From NCBI RefSeq assembly GCF_028368995.1, contig NZ_JAQNDL010000003.1, positions 96,001 through 160,000 of the forward strand: a stretch of 64,000 nt of DNA, read 5' to 3'. The DNA is from Nannocystis bainbridge (GTDB lineage: Bacteria > Myxococcota_A > Polyangia > Nannocystales > Nannocystaceae). Of this stretch, positions 39,011 through 51,619 are shown piece after piece (position 1 is the first letter of the stretch; every line of letters starts with the position of its first letter). The position numbers and the translations under genes were made by a program. A model generated the notes under the pieces. That model worked only from the letters and a program-made list of their open reading frames with translations, had not been told where the DNA came from and did not search any database.

Positions 39011-39121
39011 AGGGCCCTCGGCTCGCCCGACGAACGCCGCGCCTGCGACGTTCTCATCACGATCACCACCCGCGAGGCGAAGGCACTCGAGGCTGTCCCC
39101 AAGGACAGCTGGCGCCCTCGC

Positions 39122-40582
39122 CTACGGCGCGCGGCGGGCCGTGACGATCCAGGCGCATGATTCGAAGAGGACCCCCTCGCCGGTCTGGTGCGCGGCGAGG
39201 GTCGCGCGCAGCCTGCCCACTGCGCGCTGCGCCGCCGCCGACTCCATTCGCAGGAGCAGCTCCCGCGTCGAGATGAAGTCGCGCACGAGCTCCACCGCCG
39301 CGGACGCGTCGGGGCCGTAATAAACCGGCTCGCGCACCTCGGCGAAGGCGATGTTGGTGAAGCCAGCGGCGACGAGCAGGGACTCGACCGCGGGCGCATC
39401 GGCGAGCGAGAACGCATCCAGCGACCCTGGCGGCGGCCTGGCGCCCAGCGCCTCCTGGATCGCGGTGGCCCACTCGTTTCGCTCCCGGCTCTGCCACACC
39501 ATCATGACCAGGCGCCCGCCCGGACGCGTCGCGCGGGCGATGTTCTCGAACGCGGCCAGCGGGTCGGCGAAGAACATGGTGCCGAACCGACTGAGGACGA
39601 CGTCGAAGCTGCCCGGTGGCAACACATGGACCTGAGCGTCGCCGCGCTCGTAGGTCGCGTTCTGCACCCCCTCGTCCGCGGTGCGCCGGCGCGCGAGCTC
39701 CAGCAGCTCCGCGGAGACATCGATACCGACCGCGCTCCCGGGTGCCGCCGCCCGGGCCGCGTCGCGCGTGGACTGGCCGCCGCCGCAGCCGATGTCGAGC
39801 ACGCGGTCACCCGGGCGCACCCCCGCCGCCGCGCGCAGCCGCTCGTTGTGACGGCGCAGCTCGGCGTCGTAATGGTCGATGACCCGCAGCCGTGGCCGAC
39901 GCCGACGCCCGGCCTGCTCGAGCAAGCTGGCAAGCTCGACGGGGCGGCTCAGTGCCACACAGTGGCCGGCAGCGATCTCGTCGGGCACGACGCCGAGGCG
40001 CTCGGCCACCACGCGGCGCATGAAGGCGGGCGGGAAGAAGCGATCCTCGGTGCACAGGACGAAGCGGGTCGGCACCTCCGGCAATGCGTCGAGCGGCCAC
40101 GGCGACGCCATCGCGGCCTTCGCCGGGTGCGCACGCTCCTTGCCCATCGCCAGGGTGGCCAGCTCGCGCGGCACGTCGTGGTAGAAGCAGACGTACGGGT
40201 CGTCGCTGCCGGTCACCCCGCCGTCGCGCGCGGCCTGCTCCTCGACCGCCTGCCGGTATCGTGTGTTCTGCCACCAGTCGCGCGGCGCCTCGCCCGGAGC
40301 GGGCACCATCCCGCTCACGAACACCAGAGCATCGACCGGGAGCCGGGCCGCGACCAGCGGGGCCGTGAACCCGCCGAACGACTGGCCCACGACGACCAGG
40401 TCCCTGCGGTCGCCGACGGCGGCGACCACCGCGTCGGCGTAGTCCTCGAGCTCGAGCGAGTCGTCGTCGCCAGGCAGGTCGGGGGCCACCACGTCGTGCC
40501 CGCGCGCCCGCAGCTCGGCCTCGACCAGGTGCCAGTACCAGCCGACGTCGCCGGCGCCGTGAATCAGTACGAAGGTGCTCAT
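39122..40582 (-). CDS. Alpha/beta hydrolase fused to class I SAM methyltransferase
   Basis: LIHGAG, GQSFGG, AGH in the N-half; VLDIGCGGG, FDVVLSRFGTMFF in the C-half; single open frame. Confidence 0.85.
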   Translation of the reverse strand: MSTFVLIHGAGDVGWYWHLVEAELRARGHDVVAPDLPGDDDSLELEDYADAVVAAVGDRRDLVVVGQSFGGFTAPLVAARLPVDALVFVSGMVPAPGEAPRDWWQNTRYRQAVEEQAARDGGVTGSDDPYVCFYHDVPRELATLAMGKERAHPAKAAMASPWPLDALPEVPTRFVLCTEDRFFPPAFMRRVVAERLGVVPDEIAAGHCVALSRPVELASLLEQAGRRRRPRLRVIDHYDAELRRHNERLRAAAGVRPGDRVLDIGCGGGQSTRDAARAAAPGSAVGIDVSAELLELARRRTADEGVQNATYERGDAQVHVLPPGSFDVVLSRFGTMFFADPLAAFENIARATRPGGRLVMMVWQSRERNEWATAIQEALGARPPPGSLDAFSLADAPAVESLLVAAGFTNIAFAEVREPVYYGPDASAAVELVRDFISTRELLLRMESAAAQRAVGRLRATLAAHQTGEGVLFESCAWIVTARRAP

Positions 40583-40642
40583 GCGATGCCCTCGGCGGAG
40601 GGTAGCGCGTTTCCTGGCGCCCGTGGCGACGACATCCCCAGC

Positions 40643-41329
40643 TCAGGCCGACGGGACGGAGCCGATGACAAACTCGCTGACGTCGCTGTGCTCCTCGCAA
40701 CCGTTCAGGATGGCGCCGACGACCAGGATGTCGTAGTCGCGGCCGCCGGCGCTCAGGCTGCCACGATTACCGCTGGCGATCGTCACCGCAGGACCGTCGG
40801 GGTGGGTGAAGGTGAAAGCATATTCTTGGCGACATTCGCTGCCGCAGCCAGCGGAATCGAGGCTCGCCGACAGCGGGACGAGGTCCTCGCTGGACACGGT
40901 GAGGCCGTTGAATTCCTGGGCGGCGAGCACGAGATCGCCGCTGGCGAGGTCGCGGAGGGCGATAAACATCCCGGCGAGGAAATCGTCGCGCACGATGTCC
41001 AGCTGCACGTCGGTCAGGCCGTCGAGGCCGAGCTTGAAGTCCGCCGGGACCGTCAAATCGAGGGAGACCTGCTTGTCCGCGCACATCATCTCGAGCGAGA
41101 CCTTGCCGGCGGCGTTGGATGCCTTGGTGACGGAGCACTCGTGGCTCCCCGTCAGGTTCATCGCGTCGGTGTACGTGAAGCTGGCGGCCTCGACGGCGGG
41201 ATCGGCAGCCGGACAGGGCTCGAAGGTGTCGGTGTCGGAGGTCGTGTCGCTGTCGGTCCCTTCGCCCTTCGTGGGCGCGCAGGCGGCGAGGAGGGCGAAG
41301 GCGGCGGCGAAGATCGATGTGCGTGCCAT
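40643..41329 (-). CDS. Hypothetical lipoprotein
   Basis: MARTSIFAAAFALLAAC lipobox, DT linker, several Cys. Confidence 0.8.
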   Translation of the reverse strand: MARTSIFAAAFALLAACAPTKGEGTDSDTTSDTDTFEPCPAADPAVEAASFTYTDAMNLTGSHECSVTKASNAAGKVSLEMMCADKQVSLDLTVPADFKLGLDGLTDVQLDIVRDDFLAGMFIALRDLASGDLVLAAQEFNGLTVSSEDLVPLSASLDSAGCGSECRQEYAFTFTHPDGPAVTIASGNRGSLSAGGRDYDILVVGAILNGCEEHSDVSEFVIGSVPSA

Positions 41330-41343
41330 GGTGCCGAAGGCCC

Positions 41344-41360
41344 TAGCAGCCGGTGTGCCG
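41344..41360 (-). promoter_or_regulatory. Possible sigma-54 promoter
   Basis: CGGCAC-ACCGG-CTGCTA (GG-N10-GC) about 15 nt upstream of the lipoprotein ATG. Confidence 0.4.
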
Positions 41361-41684
41361 GCGCAAGTCACCCGGGATTGCAAGTCTTTGCAGTGCCAGT
41401 GCGGACCCGCATGACGGGCCTGTCTCCACGCCGGGGCGCGCGTGTCGCAATTCACGGGCGCAGCGTCGGGGACCGAGAGGCAGCACCCCGATCGCGCGCG
41501 CGACCACCGGTCGACTCTCGACGCGGAGTGAGGCGGACTCAGGGCGACGTCATCATCCACGGGCGCAACGGCAGCTCGCAGGCGCCGTCGCGGGAGTGTT
41601 AGGATGCGCGCCGGCTCGAACTGACGGCCCATGGACGACACGCACACATCGGCTCGAGGCAGGTTTACGCAGGCAGCTCGGCGG

Positions 41685-42869
41685 ATGCGTGCGAGGTCAA
41701 GTACGGCGGTGCTGCTGGCCTGTATCGGCGCGGCGGGCTGCGACGAGCGACAGGCGGACGCGGCGAAGGCGGAGCCGACGGTCGGTGAAACGGCGGCGCT
41801 CGCGGCGGCGCTCGACGAGGCGGTCGCCAAGGCGATGGCAACGGGCAGCCCCGGGATGGTGGTGGCCGTCGGACGCGGCGACCAGGTCGTGTTCGCCAGG
41901 GCCTACGGTCTCGCGAACCTCGAGGACGAGGTCGCGGTCGCGGTCGACACCGTGTTCCCGATCGCGTCGCTCACCAAGCAATTCACGGCGGCGGCGATCC
42001 TGCTGCTCGTCGAAGAGGGCAAGGTCGGGCTCGACGACCTGCTGTCGCGCTTCGTGCCGGAGGTGCCGCAGGCGCACCGCGTCACGGTCGCGCAGGCGCT
42101 CGTGCAGACGTCCGGGATCGCCGATTACGCGGAAGATCGCGCGGGGGAGCACCTCAAATCGGTGCGCCGCACGCCCGAGGAGATGGCGAGCTGGATCGCC
42201 GGCTTGCAGCCGCCGTTCGCGTTCGAGCCGGGCTCGTCGTGGGGATACAGCAATTCCAACTACGCGCTGCTCGGACTCGTCATCGCGCGCGCGAGCGGCG
42301 AGTCCTATCCGTCGTTCCTGGCCCGGCGCTTGTTCGCGCCGGCGGGTCTGGAGCACACGGCGTTCGACGATCCGGCCGACGTCGTCCCGCGACGAGCGCG
42401 AGGGTATCGCGCCAGCAAGACCGAGCCCGGGCGCTACCACAACGCCGACTGGATCAGCCCGACGATGCCCGGACCGGCGGGAGGACTGCGCTCGACCGCG
42501 GGCGATCTGCTGCGCTGGCACGCGGCGCTGTTCGGCGGGCGGATCCTGGCCCCCTCGAGCCTCGCGCAGATGACAATTCCCGGGCGGCTGGCCGACGGGC
42601 GCACCACGAAGGCGGCGATGCCCGCGCCGATGCAGGCGGCGTGGGGCTCCGACTACGCGATGGGCGTTCTGGTCGGCTCGCCGGACGGACGGGACCGGGT
42701 CTGGCACTCCGGTGACATCGACGGCTTCTCGTCGTGGGCCGCGTATTACCCGGACCGTCGGATCGGCATCGTCATCCTGCAGAACAGCCAGTCGGCGGAG
42801 CGCAACGAGGCGGCGATCGAGCGGATCGTGCTCGACGCCCTCGGAACAGCGCCCCGCGCGGGCGAATGA
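41685..42869 (+). CDS. Serine hydrolase, beta-lactamase class C/PBP-like (probable lipoprotein)
   Basis: IASLTKQF (SxxK), YSN, HSG. Confidence 0.9.
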   Translation: MRARSSTAVLLACIGAAGCDERQADAAKAEPTVGETAALAAALDEAVAKAMATGSPGMVVAVGRGDQVVFARAYGLANLEDEVAVAVDTVFPIASLTKQFTAAAILLLVEEGKVGLDDLLSRFVPEVPQAHRVTVAQALVQTSGIADYAEDRAGEHLKSVRRTPEEMASWIAGLQPPFAFEPGSSWGYSNSNYALLGLVIARASGESYPSFLARRLFAPAGLEHTAFDDPADVVPRRARGYRASKTEPGRYHNADWISPTMPGPAGGLRSTAGDLLRWHAALFGGRILAPSSLAQMTIPGRLADGRTTKAAMPAPMQAAWGSDYAMGVLVGSPDGRDRVWHSGDIDGFSSWAAYYPDRRIGIVILQNSQSAERNEAAIERIVLDALGTAPRAGE

Positions 42870-42968
42870 CGGCGCTCGCGTTCGCGGCGGCCGGTGTCGA
42901 GACGGCGCCGGGGTCGGCGGCGCCGACGATGCGACGGCTCGCGGGGCGTGTGGTACCCTGCGGCCTTC

Positions 42969-44321
42969 GTGCGAGTTGAAAGCGCCACCGAGCCGCACCC
43001 GCAGCGCAGCGGACGTCCGCTCTCGCCGGGCGACCTCGTCGCCGATCGCTACCGCATCGTCCGGGCGCTCGGGCGCGGCTCCTTCGGGCACACCTACCTC
43101 GCCGTCGACACCGCCGCCGGCGACCGCGAGGTCGCGGTCAAGCAGCTGCGCACCGACGGGGACAGCGGCTGGAAGGCGTTCGAGCTGTTCGAGCGCGAGG
43201 CCGCGGCGCTGCGGTCATTGCGTCACCACGGGATCCCCGAGATCTTCGATCACCGGCGCGAGACCGCCGGCGGCGCGCTGACGGCCTACCTGGTGATGGA
43301 GTACATCGAAGGGGTCTCGCTCGAGCAATGGATCGACGATGGCGCCAGCCTCGACCCGGCCGCGCTGCTGCGGGTGGCGCTCGGCCTGCTCGACATCCTC
43401 GAATACCTGCACGCCCGCGTCCCGCCGGTGCTGCACCGTGACATCAAGCCCGCGAACGTCGTCCTCCGCCCTGACGGCGCGCCGACGCTGGTCGACTTCG
43501 GCGCCGTGCGCACGGTGTTCCGCGCGGCCGAGGAGGGCGGCTCGACGGTGGTCGGAACTTTCGGCTACATGCCGATCGAGCAGACCATGGGTCAGGCCAG
43601 CCCTGCCAGCGACCTGTACGCCGTCGGGGCGACGCTGCTCCACCTGATCACCCGTCGCCCGCCGACGCAGTTCGCCTCGCGCGACGGCGTGATCGAGGTG
43701 CCTGCCGAATTGCCGGGCGGACCCGTCGTGCGCGGGGTGATCGCGCGGCTGCTCGCCCCGATCGCGTCGGCCCGCTATCAGTCGGCGAGGGAGGCCCGCG
43801 AGGCGCTGCTCGCCCCGGTCCTGGGCGCCGCGGCGGCGTCGCAGAGCGTCGCGCTCGCGCCGATCCCCCCGACGACGCTGGCCCTGCCGCCGACCCCCCG
43901 GGCGCTCGCGGGGGAGCTCGGTACCCGCTTCGAACGGGTGACCCTGTCGCCCATCCGCCTGCTGTTCTCCGACCTCCACCCGTCGCAGCCACTCTCGCTG
44001 GCCCAGCGCAGCTTGATGCTGCTGCTCGGGCTGATGTCTCTGGGCATCGCCCCGCTCATCTTCTGGTTCACGTGCCGTGCGCGGCGCACCCGGGCCCACC
44101 CCTTCTTCGTCCACGGCGTGCCGGTGTCCGGGCTCATCTTGCAGGTGCAGAGGACCGAGTGGATCCAGGTCACCTACGAGTTCGTGCACGCCGGCGCCAC
44201 CCATCGCGGCGTCGACACCATCATCCCGGCGGTGGCCGGACGCTGGCAACCCGGCGATGCGATCGAGCTGCTGGTACTGCCCGAGCGCAACCACGACAGC
44301 ATCATCGTCTCCAGCGCCTGA
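42969..44321 (+). CDS. Ser/Thr protein kinase with C-terminal TM segment and small beta domain
   Basis: LGRGSFG, VAVK, HRDIKPAN, DFG, GTFGYMP. Start uncertain. Confidence 0.9.
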   Translation: MRVESATEPHPQRSGRPLSPGDLVADRYRIVRALGRGSFGHTYLAVDTAAGDREVAVKQLRTDGDSGWKAFELFEREAAALRSLRHHGIPEIFDHRRETAGGALTAYLVMEYIEGVSLEQWIDDGASLDPAALLRVALGLLDILEYLHARVPPVLHRDIKPANVVLRPDGAPTLVDFGAVRTVFRAAEEGGSTVVGTFGYMPIEQTMGQASPASDLYAVGATLLHLITRRPPTQFASRDGVIEVPAELPGGPVVRGVIARLLAPIASARYQSAREAREALLAPVLGAAAASQSVALAPIPPTTLALPPTPRALAGELGTRFERVTLSPIRLLFSDLHPSQPLSLAQRSLMLLLGLMSLGIAPLIFWFTCRARRTRAHPFFVHGVPVSGLILQVQRTEWIQVTYEFVHAGATHRGVDTIIPAVAGRWQPGDAIELLVLPERNHDSIIVSSA

Positions 44322-44381
44322 CCTCGCATCCGCGACGCGGCTGGTGATTGACGGCCGGCACGGTCCGGCGGACGCTGAACT

Positions 44382-44523
44382 CCGGCACCGGCCACGACTC
44401 GTGGTCCAGGGCCCACGATCTGTCCGTCGGCCACGACATCGATTCACGACCGCTCGATCGCTACGAGCAATCACTCGCGCCCGCCAATACACATTATCAC
44501 GACACGCCCGCCAGGACGGCCGC
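44382..44523 (+). repeat. Direct repeat copy 2 (decayed hydrolase 3' end)
   Basis: Translates GTGHDSWSRAHDLSVGHDIDSRPLDRYEQ versus GTGHDSWSKTYDLSAGHDIYSWLLERYKQ. Confidence 0.85.
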
Positions 44524-44617
44524 GCGCGCCGCATCTGCACCAGCGGAGGCCCGGCGCCGGCCGGCGCGCGTTTTCGTGGTATCGGCCGCGGCCCTCTCGT
44601 GGGTATGATCGACGGCC

Positions 44618-47557
<2,940 letters not shown>

Positions 47558-47878
47558 CGCTATTTACAGGTGACTCGCTGCGAGTCGAGGGCTGACCTCG
47601 ACCGCGGCGGAGCGAGCCTTCGGCACTCGCTGCGGCGCGCTGCGTCGGCCCGCGGGCCGCGACTCGCCCATCCGCCTCATCGCCCTCGTTTCCCCTTCGG
47701 GTCGCCCCCGAAGCCACGTCGGCCGCGATCTCGCGCATTGCGTCATATGTCCCGAAGGACATCTCGAATCGACGTTCACCGCGCCCGGGTGCGCGCTCGC
47801 CCGTGGGTGCCCGGGGAGACACGTCGACGCACGCATCGGCGGGCAATTGTTCCGCCGCCTGCTGACGCTCTGGTTTGT

Positions 47879-49897
47879 ATGCCCAGCACGCGAAAGTTCC
47901 TGTCCGCCTGCACCGCCCTCACGCTCGCTGCCGCGCCCGCAGCGGCCGGAGCCGCCTCGGTGCGGGTCAACGTCCAGGTCCCGTACGACATCCAGACCAA
48001 GACCTTCGACCTCGAGATGCTCGAGTACCAGAACCTGCAGCCGGTGTTCTACCGCCCGTTCGACATCCCCTACGACACCCTCGAGCCGATGCTCGACCAG
48101 CTGCTCGAGGACGTCGTCGGCCGCCACCACGAGTTCTACATCAAGTGCACCGGCCTCGGCATCGACGAGCTGTGCCCCGACACCGAGGTCGACGTCTTCC
48201 TCCACTCGAAGCTGCGGTTCACCAAGAAGAACCAGCCCAAGCTGACCCAGCTGGGCCCGGCCGCGGACAACAAGTTCCGCCTCGCGATCGACACCCAGGT
48301 CCGGATCGACCTCGACGCCCGGATCAAGCACGAGACCGGCATCTGGTACTCGAACAGCGAGACGGTCGAGCTGTGGGTCAAGATCGGCGCGCGCGCCAGC
48401 GTCGACCTCACGCTGTGGCCGACCCCGAAGGCCGAGAACCTCAAGGTCGAGCTCAAGAAGGAGGGCGGGGACGTCGTCATCCATGGCCTCGAGGAGCAGA
48501 TCATCGCCGCCGGCGCGATCGTCGGCGGCGTCACCCTCGGCCCGCTCGGCGCGGCGCTCGGCGCGATCCTCGGGGCCATCGGCGCCGACGCGGCCAACGA
48601 CGCCATCATCGACGTCATCAACGACGCCCTCACCGACCAGATCAACGCCGCCAACGTCCTCCTGCGCGAGCACGTGCAGGGGCTGATCGACCCCGCGATC
48701 GCGCAGGCCGTCGACTACCGCAATCAAGCGCTCAACACCAAGATCCCCCGGCTCGACATGACCATCGCCCAGGCGCTGGCGCTCAGCCCCGTCAGCCTCG
48801 ACGTGCGCACCTCCATCAAGAACGACGCGCTCGCGCTGGCCGCCACCGCCCGCATCGACCCGACCGGCAAGGGCAAGAGCCTCTCGGGCTTCTTGCGCTT
48901 CCCCAAGTCGAAGTGCAACTACATGGAGGGCGGCAACAAGACCGTCGGTTACTTCCAGATCCCGACCGAGGTCGTGCCGATGAACACCGACCTCGCGGGC
49001 AAGCCGTGCGCCTCGATCGTGTCGGCCTCGACCTTCGCCCGCTCGACCTACCTCGGCGAGAGCCCCAACCGCGTGCTCCACACCGGCGACCCGGCCGACC
49101 ATTTGCCGAGCTGGCAGTCGACCGGCACCGTCAGCACCAGCGGCAACGTGGTCGAAAAGGCCGACTACTACGAGTGCCCCTACACCCTCGGCAACCTGCC
49201 GAACGCGGCGATCCTCGAGCTCGCCACCGTCAAGGACTCGGTGCTGCACGAGCGCCTCGACCTCGGGGTGTTCCGCGCCCGCTTCCTGTTCGCCGCGGCG
49301 CTCAACCCGCTGAAGCTGTTCGATGCCAGGGGCAAGCTGCTCCCGGGCCCGCTGGTGTTCGGCGGCAAGGGCCCGAAGACCGTCGACGACTGCCCGAGCT
49401 ACGCCGGGCGCGGCAGCGGCCTGCGGCCCAACAAGCTCGAGCAGCTCAAGGACAAGTTCGACCCCGATACCTGCCCGACCTGCGGCCTGCTCGACGTATT
49501 CAACCACCTCGACCTGATCTCGAACCCGGCCGAGAAGGTCGTGCTCGAATCGGTGATCGACAAGGCCGGCATCACCAAGAAGTATGACCAGGTGCAGCAG
49601 CAACTGGCCAGCGAGGGCGCGCTCCAGAGCGTGCAGCGGCTCCAGAAGGTGCTCGACTCCGGCGTGATCGGCCGCGCCTGGGACGCCGTCGACAAGGCCC
49701 GCGCCAAGGTCGGCAACCTCAGCCCCAAGGGCGTCACCGTCAAGCAGGTCGGCACCGCGGCCGCGCGCAAGAAGTCCATCAAGGTGTTCGACGGCACCAA
49801 GGCCGTGAAGATGACCAGCGTGCGCCTCAAGGACAGCGCCCTGCCGACCGCCAAGGTCGAGGTCTTGGTGACGAAGGGCAAGAAGGCCGGCAAGTGA
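47879..49897 (+). CDS. Hypothetical secreted protein with glycine-zipper hydrophobic segment
   Basis: Signal peptide MPSTRKFLSAC...AAA; AAGAIVGGVTLGPLGAALGAILGAIGA; strong GC3 codon bias. Confidence 0.8.
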   Translation: MPSTRKFLSACTALTLAAAPAAAGAASVRVNVQVPYDIQTKTFDLEMLEYQNLQPVFYRPFDIPYDTLEPMLDQLLEDVVGRHHEFYIKCTGLGIDELCPDTEVDVFLHSKLRFTKKNQPKLTQLGPAADNKFRLAIDTQVRIDLDARIKHETGIWYSNSETVELWVKIGARASVDLTLWPTPKAENLKVELKKEGGDVVIHGLEEQIIAAGAIVGGVTLGPLGAALGAILGAIGADAANDAIIDVINDALTDQINAANVLLREHVQGLIDPAIAQAVDYRNQALNTKIPRLDMTIAQALALSPVSLDVRTSIKNDALALAATARIDPTGKGKSLSGFLRFPKSKCNYMEGGNKTVGYFQIPTEVVPMNTDLAGKPCASIVSASTFARSTYLGESPNRVLHTGDPADHLPSWQSTGTVSTSGNVVEKADYYECPYTLGNLPNAAILELATVKDSVLHERLDLGVFRARFLFAAALNPLKLFDARGKLLPGPLVFGGKGPKTVDDCPSYAGRGSGLRPNKLEQLKDKFDPDTCPTCGLLDVFNHLDLISNPAEKVVLESVIDKAGITKKYDQVQQQLASEGALQSVQRLQKVLDSGVIGRAWDAVDKARAKVGNLSPKGVTVKQVGTAAARKKSIKVFDGTKAVKMTSVRLKDSALPTAKVEVLVTKGKKAGK

Positions 49898-49928
49898 TCG
49901 CATAACGACGGGTCGTGAACATCGAAAT

Positions 49929-49965
49929 CGCCTGCCCGGCGGCCGACCCGGCCGCCGAGCAGGCG
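49929..49965 (+). terminator. Stem-loop downstream of the secreted protein gene
   Basis: CGCCTGCCCGGCGGCCG-ACC-CGGCCGCCGAGCAGGCG, 16/17 paired, followed by TCATTT. Confidence 0.55.
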
Positions 49966-50131
49966 TCATTTCGTGTTCACCAACTATCGCCATTCACCAC
50001 ACCTGGGACTCGCCGGCGAATATCCACAGTCTGCCGCGCTCGCGGCGTCGAGCTTCCCCCCCGTTCAGACCCCGCAGCAATCCTTGCGCCCCGCGGAAGA
50101 CCGCGCCCTCCGCGCGACGCCGATTCTCGCA

Positions 50132-50158
50132 ACGGATCGCCCTCGCCTGGCGACTACC
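50132..50158 (+). promoter_or_regulatory. Putative ECF promoter copy 1 (ACGGA-N15-GACTACC)
   Basis: 6 nt before ATG 50165; same motif and spacing at 51620 and 55436. Confidence 0.7.
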
Positions 50159-50164
50159 GCCACC

Positions 50165-50944
50165 ATGGGTCAGTCCGAGCAGGGTAGCGGGGTGCGGGCG
50201 TTGTTCGCCGCCTGGGCGGCCGCCGAGAGCGACGAGGCCGCGCTGGCGGGCCTGGCCGGGCTGCTCGCCGGCCCCGAGACCAGCGACGCCGGGGCGAGCT
50301 TGCGACGCCTGTGGCCCCCGCCCGCGCTCTCCACGGCGGAGCTCGCCCCCGCGCCCGCCGCTCGCCCCCGCGACCCCGCGCTCGAGCGGGCCATCGCCAC
50401 CGCGAGCGCGTGCGTCGGTCGCCTCGCCTCGGTCGACTCCGGCCACGTCCGGGCCCTCGCCACCGCCTGGCTCGTGCGCCCCGACCTGGCTGCCACCATT
50501 CGCAAGCCGCTCCTGCCCTGCCTCGCGCAGCTGACCCGCGGCGAGCGCAGCTTGCAGCTCGAGCTCGCCGGCGTCACCCCCGTGGCGGTGCGCGAGGTCC
50601 TCTACGTCGCCCCCGATTGCGACCTCGCGCTGCTGCGGGTCGCCGCGCAGCCGAGCTTCATCGCCCTCGCCCCCGGCGTCGCCCACGGTCACGAGCTGGC
50701 CGCGATCGACTGTAGTGATTCTCCGGAATCACAGGCCGGCGAGGCGCTGCCCGGCGGCCTGCGCCTGGTCCAGGGTCGGGTCCAGGAGGTCTCCTCGGTG
50801 CTGCTGCGCCACGACTGCGCGGGCCGTCCCGGCGGCGTGCTGCTCGATCTGGCCTCGGGCCAGGCGATCGGCCTCACCGTCGGCGGTCACGCGTCGGTGC
50901 CCGGCTGGCTGGTCCGCGAGCGGATCGAGCGGCTCACGCGATGA
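50165..50944 (+). CDS. Degenerate trypsin-like domain protein (probable pseudo-protease)
   Basis: Paralogous to 54469-55383 (VGRL, TAWLVRPD, DLALLRV, LRHDC, GGVLLDLASGQAIGL, VPGW) but TNRH becomes TIRK and GGSSGG becomes GRPGG. Confidence 0.7.
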   Translation: MGQSEQGSGVRALFAAWAAAESDEAALAGLAGLLAGPETSDAGASLRRLWPPPALSTAELAPAPAARPRDPALERAIATASACVGRLASVDSGHVRALATAWLVRPDLAATIRKPLLPCLAQLTRGERSLQLELAGVTPVAVREVLYVAPDCDLALLRVAAQPSFIALAPGVAHGHELAAIDCSDSPESQAGEALPGGLRLVQGRVQEVSSVLLRHDCAGRPGGVLLDLASGQAIGLTVGGHASVPGWLVRERIERLTR

Positions 50945-50956
50945 CGGTCGCCCGCC

Positions 50957-51574
50957 TCACCGCGACGCCACGAGCTGGGCCCGCAGCCCGGCCGCCCATT
51001 GCTCGAGCCCGGAGATCGTGCTCTCCATCTCCGCCGCGCTGGCCTCGAGCCCACGAATCGCCGCCTCGAGCTGCTGCTTGGCCCGCCGCAGGCGGCTGCG
51101 CGCCGTGTCCTCCGGCACCCCGAGGAACGCCCCGAGCTCCGGCCCGCTCATGCGCTCCCAATAATAAAGCTCGAGGATCACCTGCGACGCGACCGGGATC
51201 TGCCGCAGCCCGTGCAGCAGCAGCCGCTGCTCCGCGTGCGCCGCCAGCAGCGACGTCGGGCTCGATCCCAGATCGACCAGCGACAGCTTCTCGAGGTCGA
51301 GCTCCTCCGGCGCCCGCCGGTTGCGGCGCAGGTGGTCGCGCAGGACGTTGTGGGCGATCGCAAACAGATACGTGCGAAACGAGGCGTCGCCGCGGAACCG
51401 GTCGCGGCCCTCCACGCAGCCGATGAAGGTCCGCTGCACGAGGTCCTCGGCCTGCTGCTCCACCTTGTTGCGAAAGAACCTGCGCACGGCGTCGAAATAG
51501 CGGTCGAACAACGTACTGCCCGCCTGGCGATCGCCGGCCCGCCAGGCGGTGAGGAGCTCCTGATCGCTCGACAT
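50957..51574 (-). CDS. ECF RNA polymerase sigma factor
   Basis: SDQELL.AWR.GD, AEDLVQRTF, SFRTYLFAIAHN, LGVPEDTARSRLRRA. Confidence 0.93.
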   Translation of the reverse strand: MSSDQELLTAWRAGDRQAGSTLFDRYFDAVRRFFRNKVEQQAEDLVQRTFIGCVEGRDRFRGDASFRTYLFAIAHNVLRDHLRRNRRAPEELDLEKLSLVDLGSSPTSLLAAHAEQRLLLHGLRQIPVASQVILELYYWERMSGPELGAFLGVPEDTARSRLRRAKQQLEAAIRGLEASAAEMESTISGLEQWAAGLRAQLVASR

Positions 51575-51619
51575 GGCGCCACTCTACCACGAGGGCCAGG
51601 CCGCGAAACCCGCTGGCTG

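Noticed and set aside
38875-44523. Diversity-generating retroelement TR/VR pair (also considered for the araC repeat)
   Set aside because: Mismatches are not confined to adenines of one copy, and there is no reverse transcriptase in the window.
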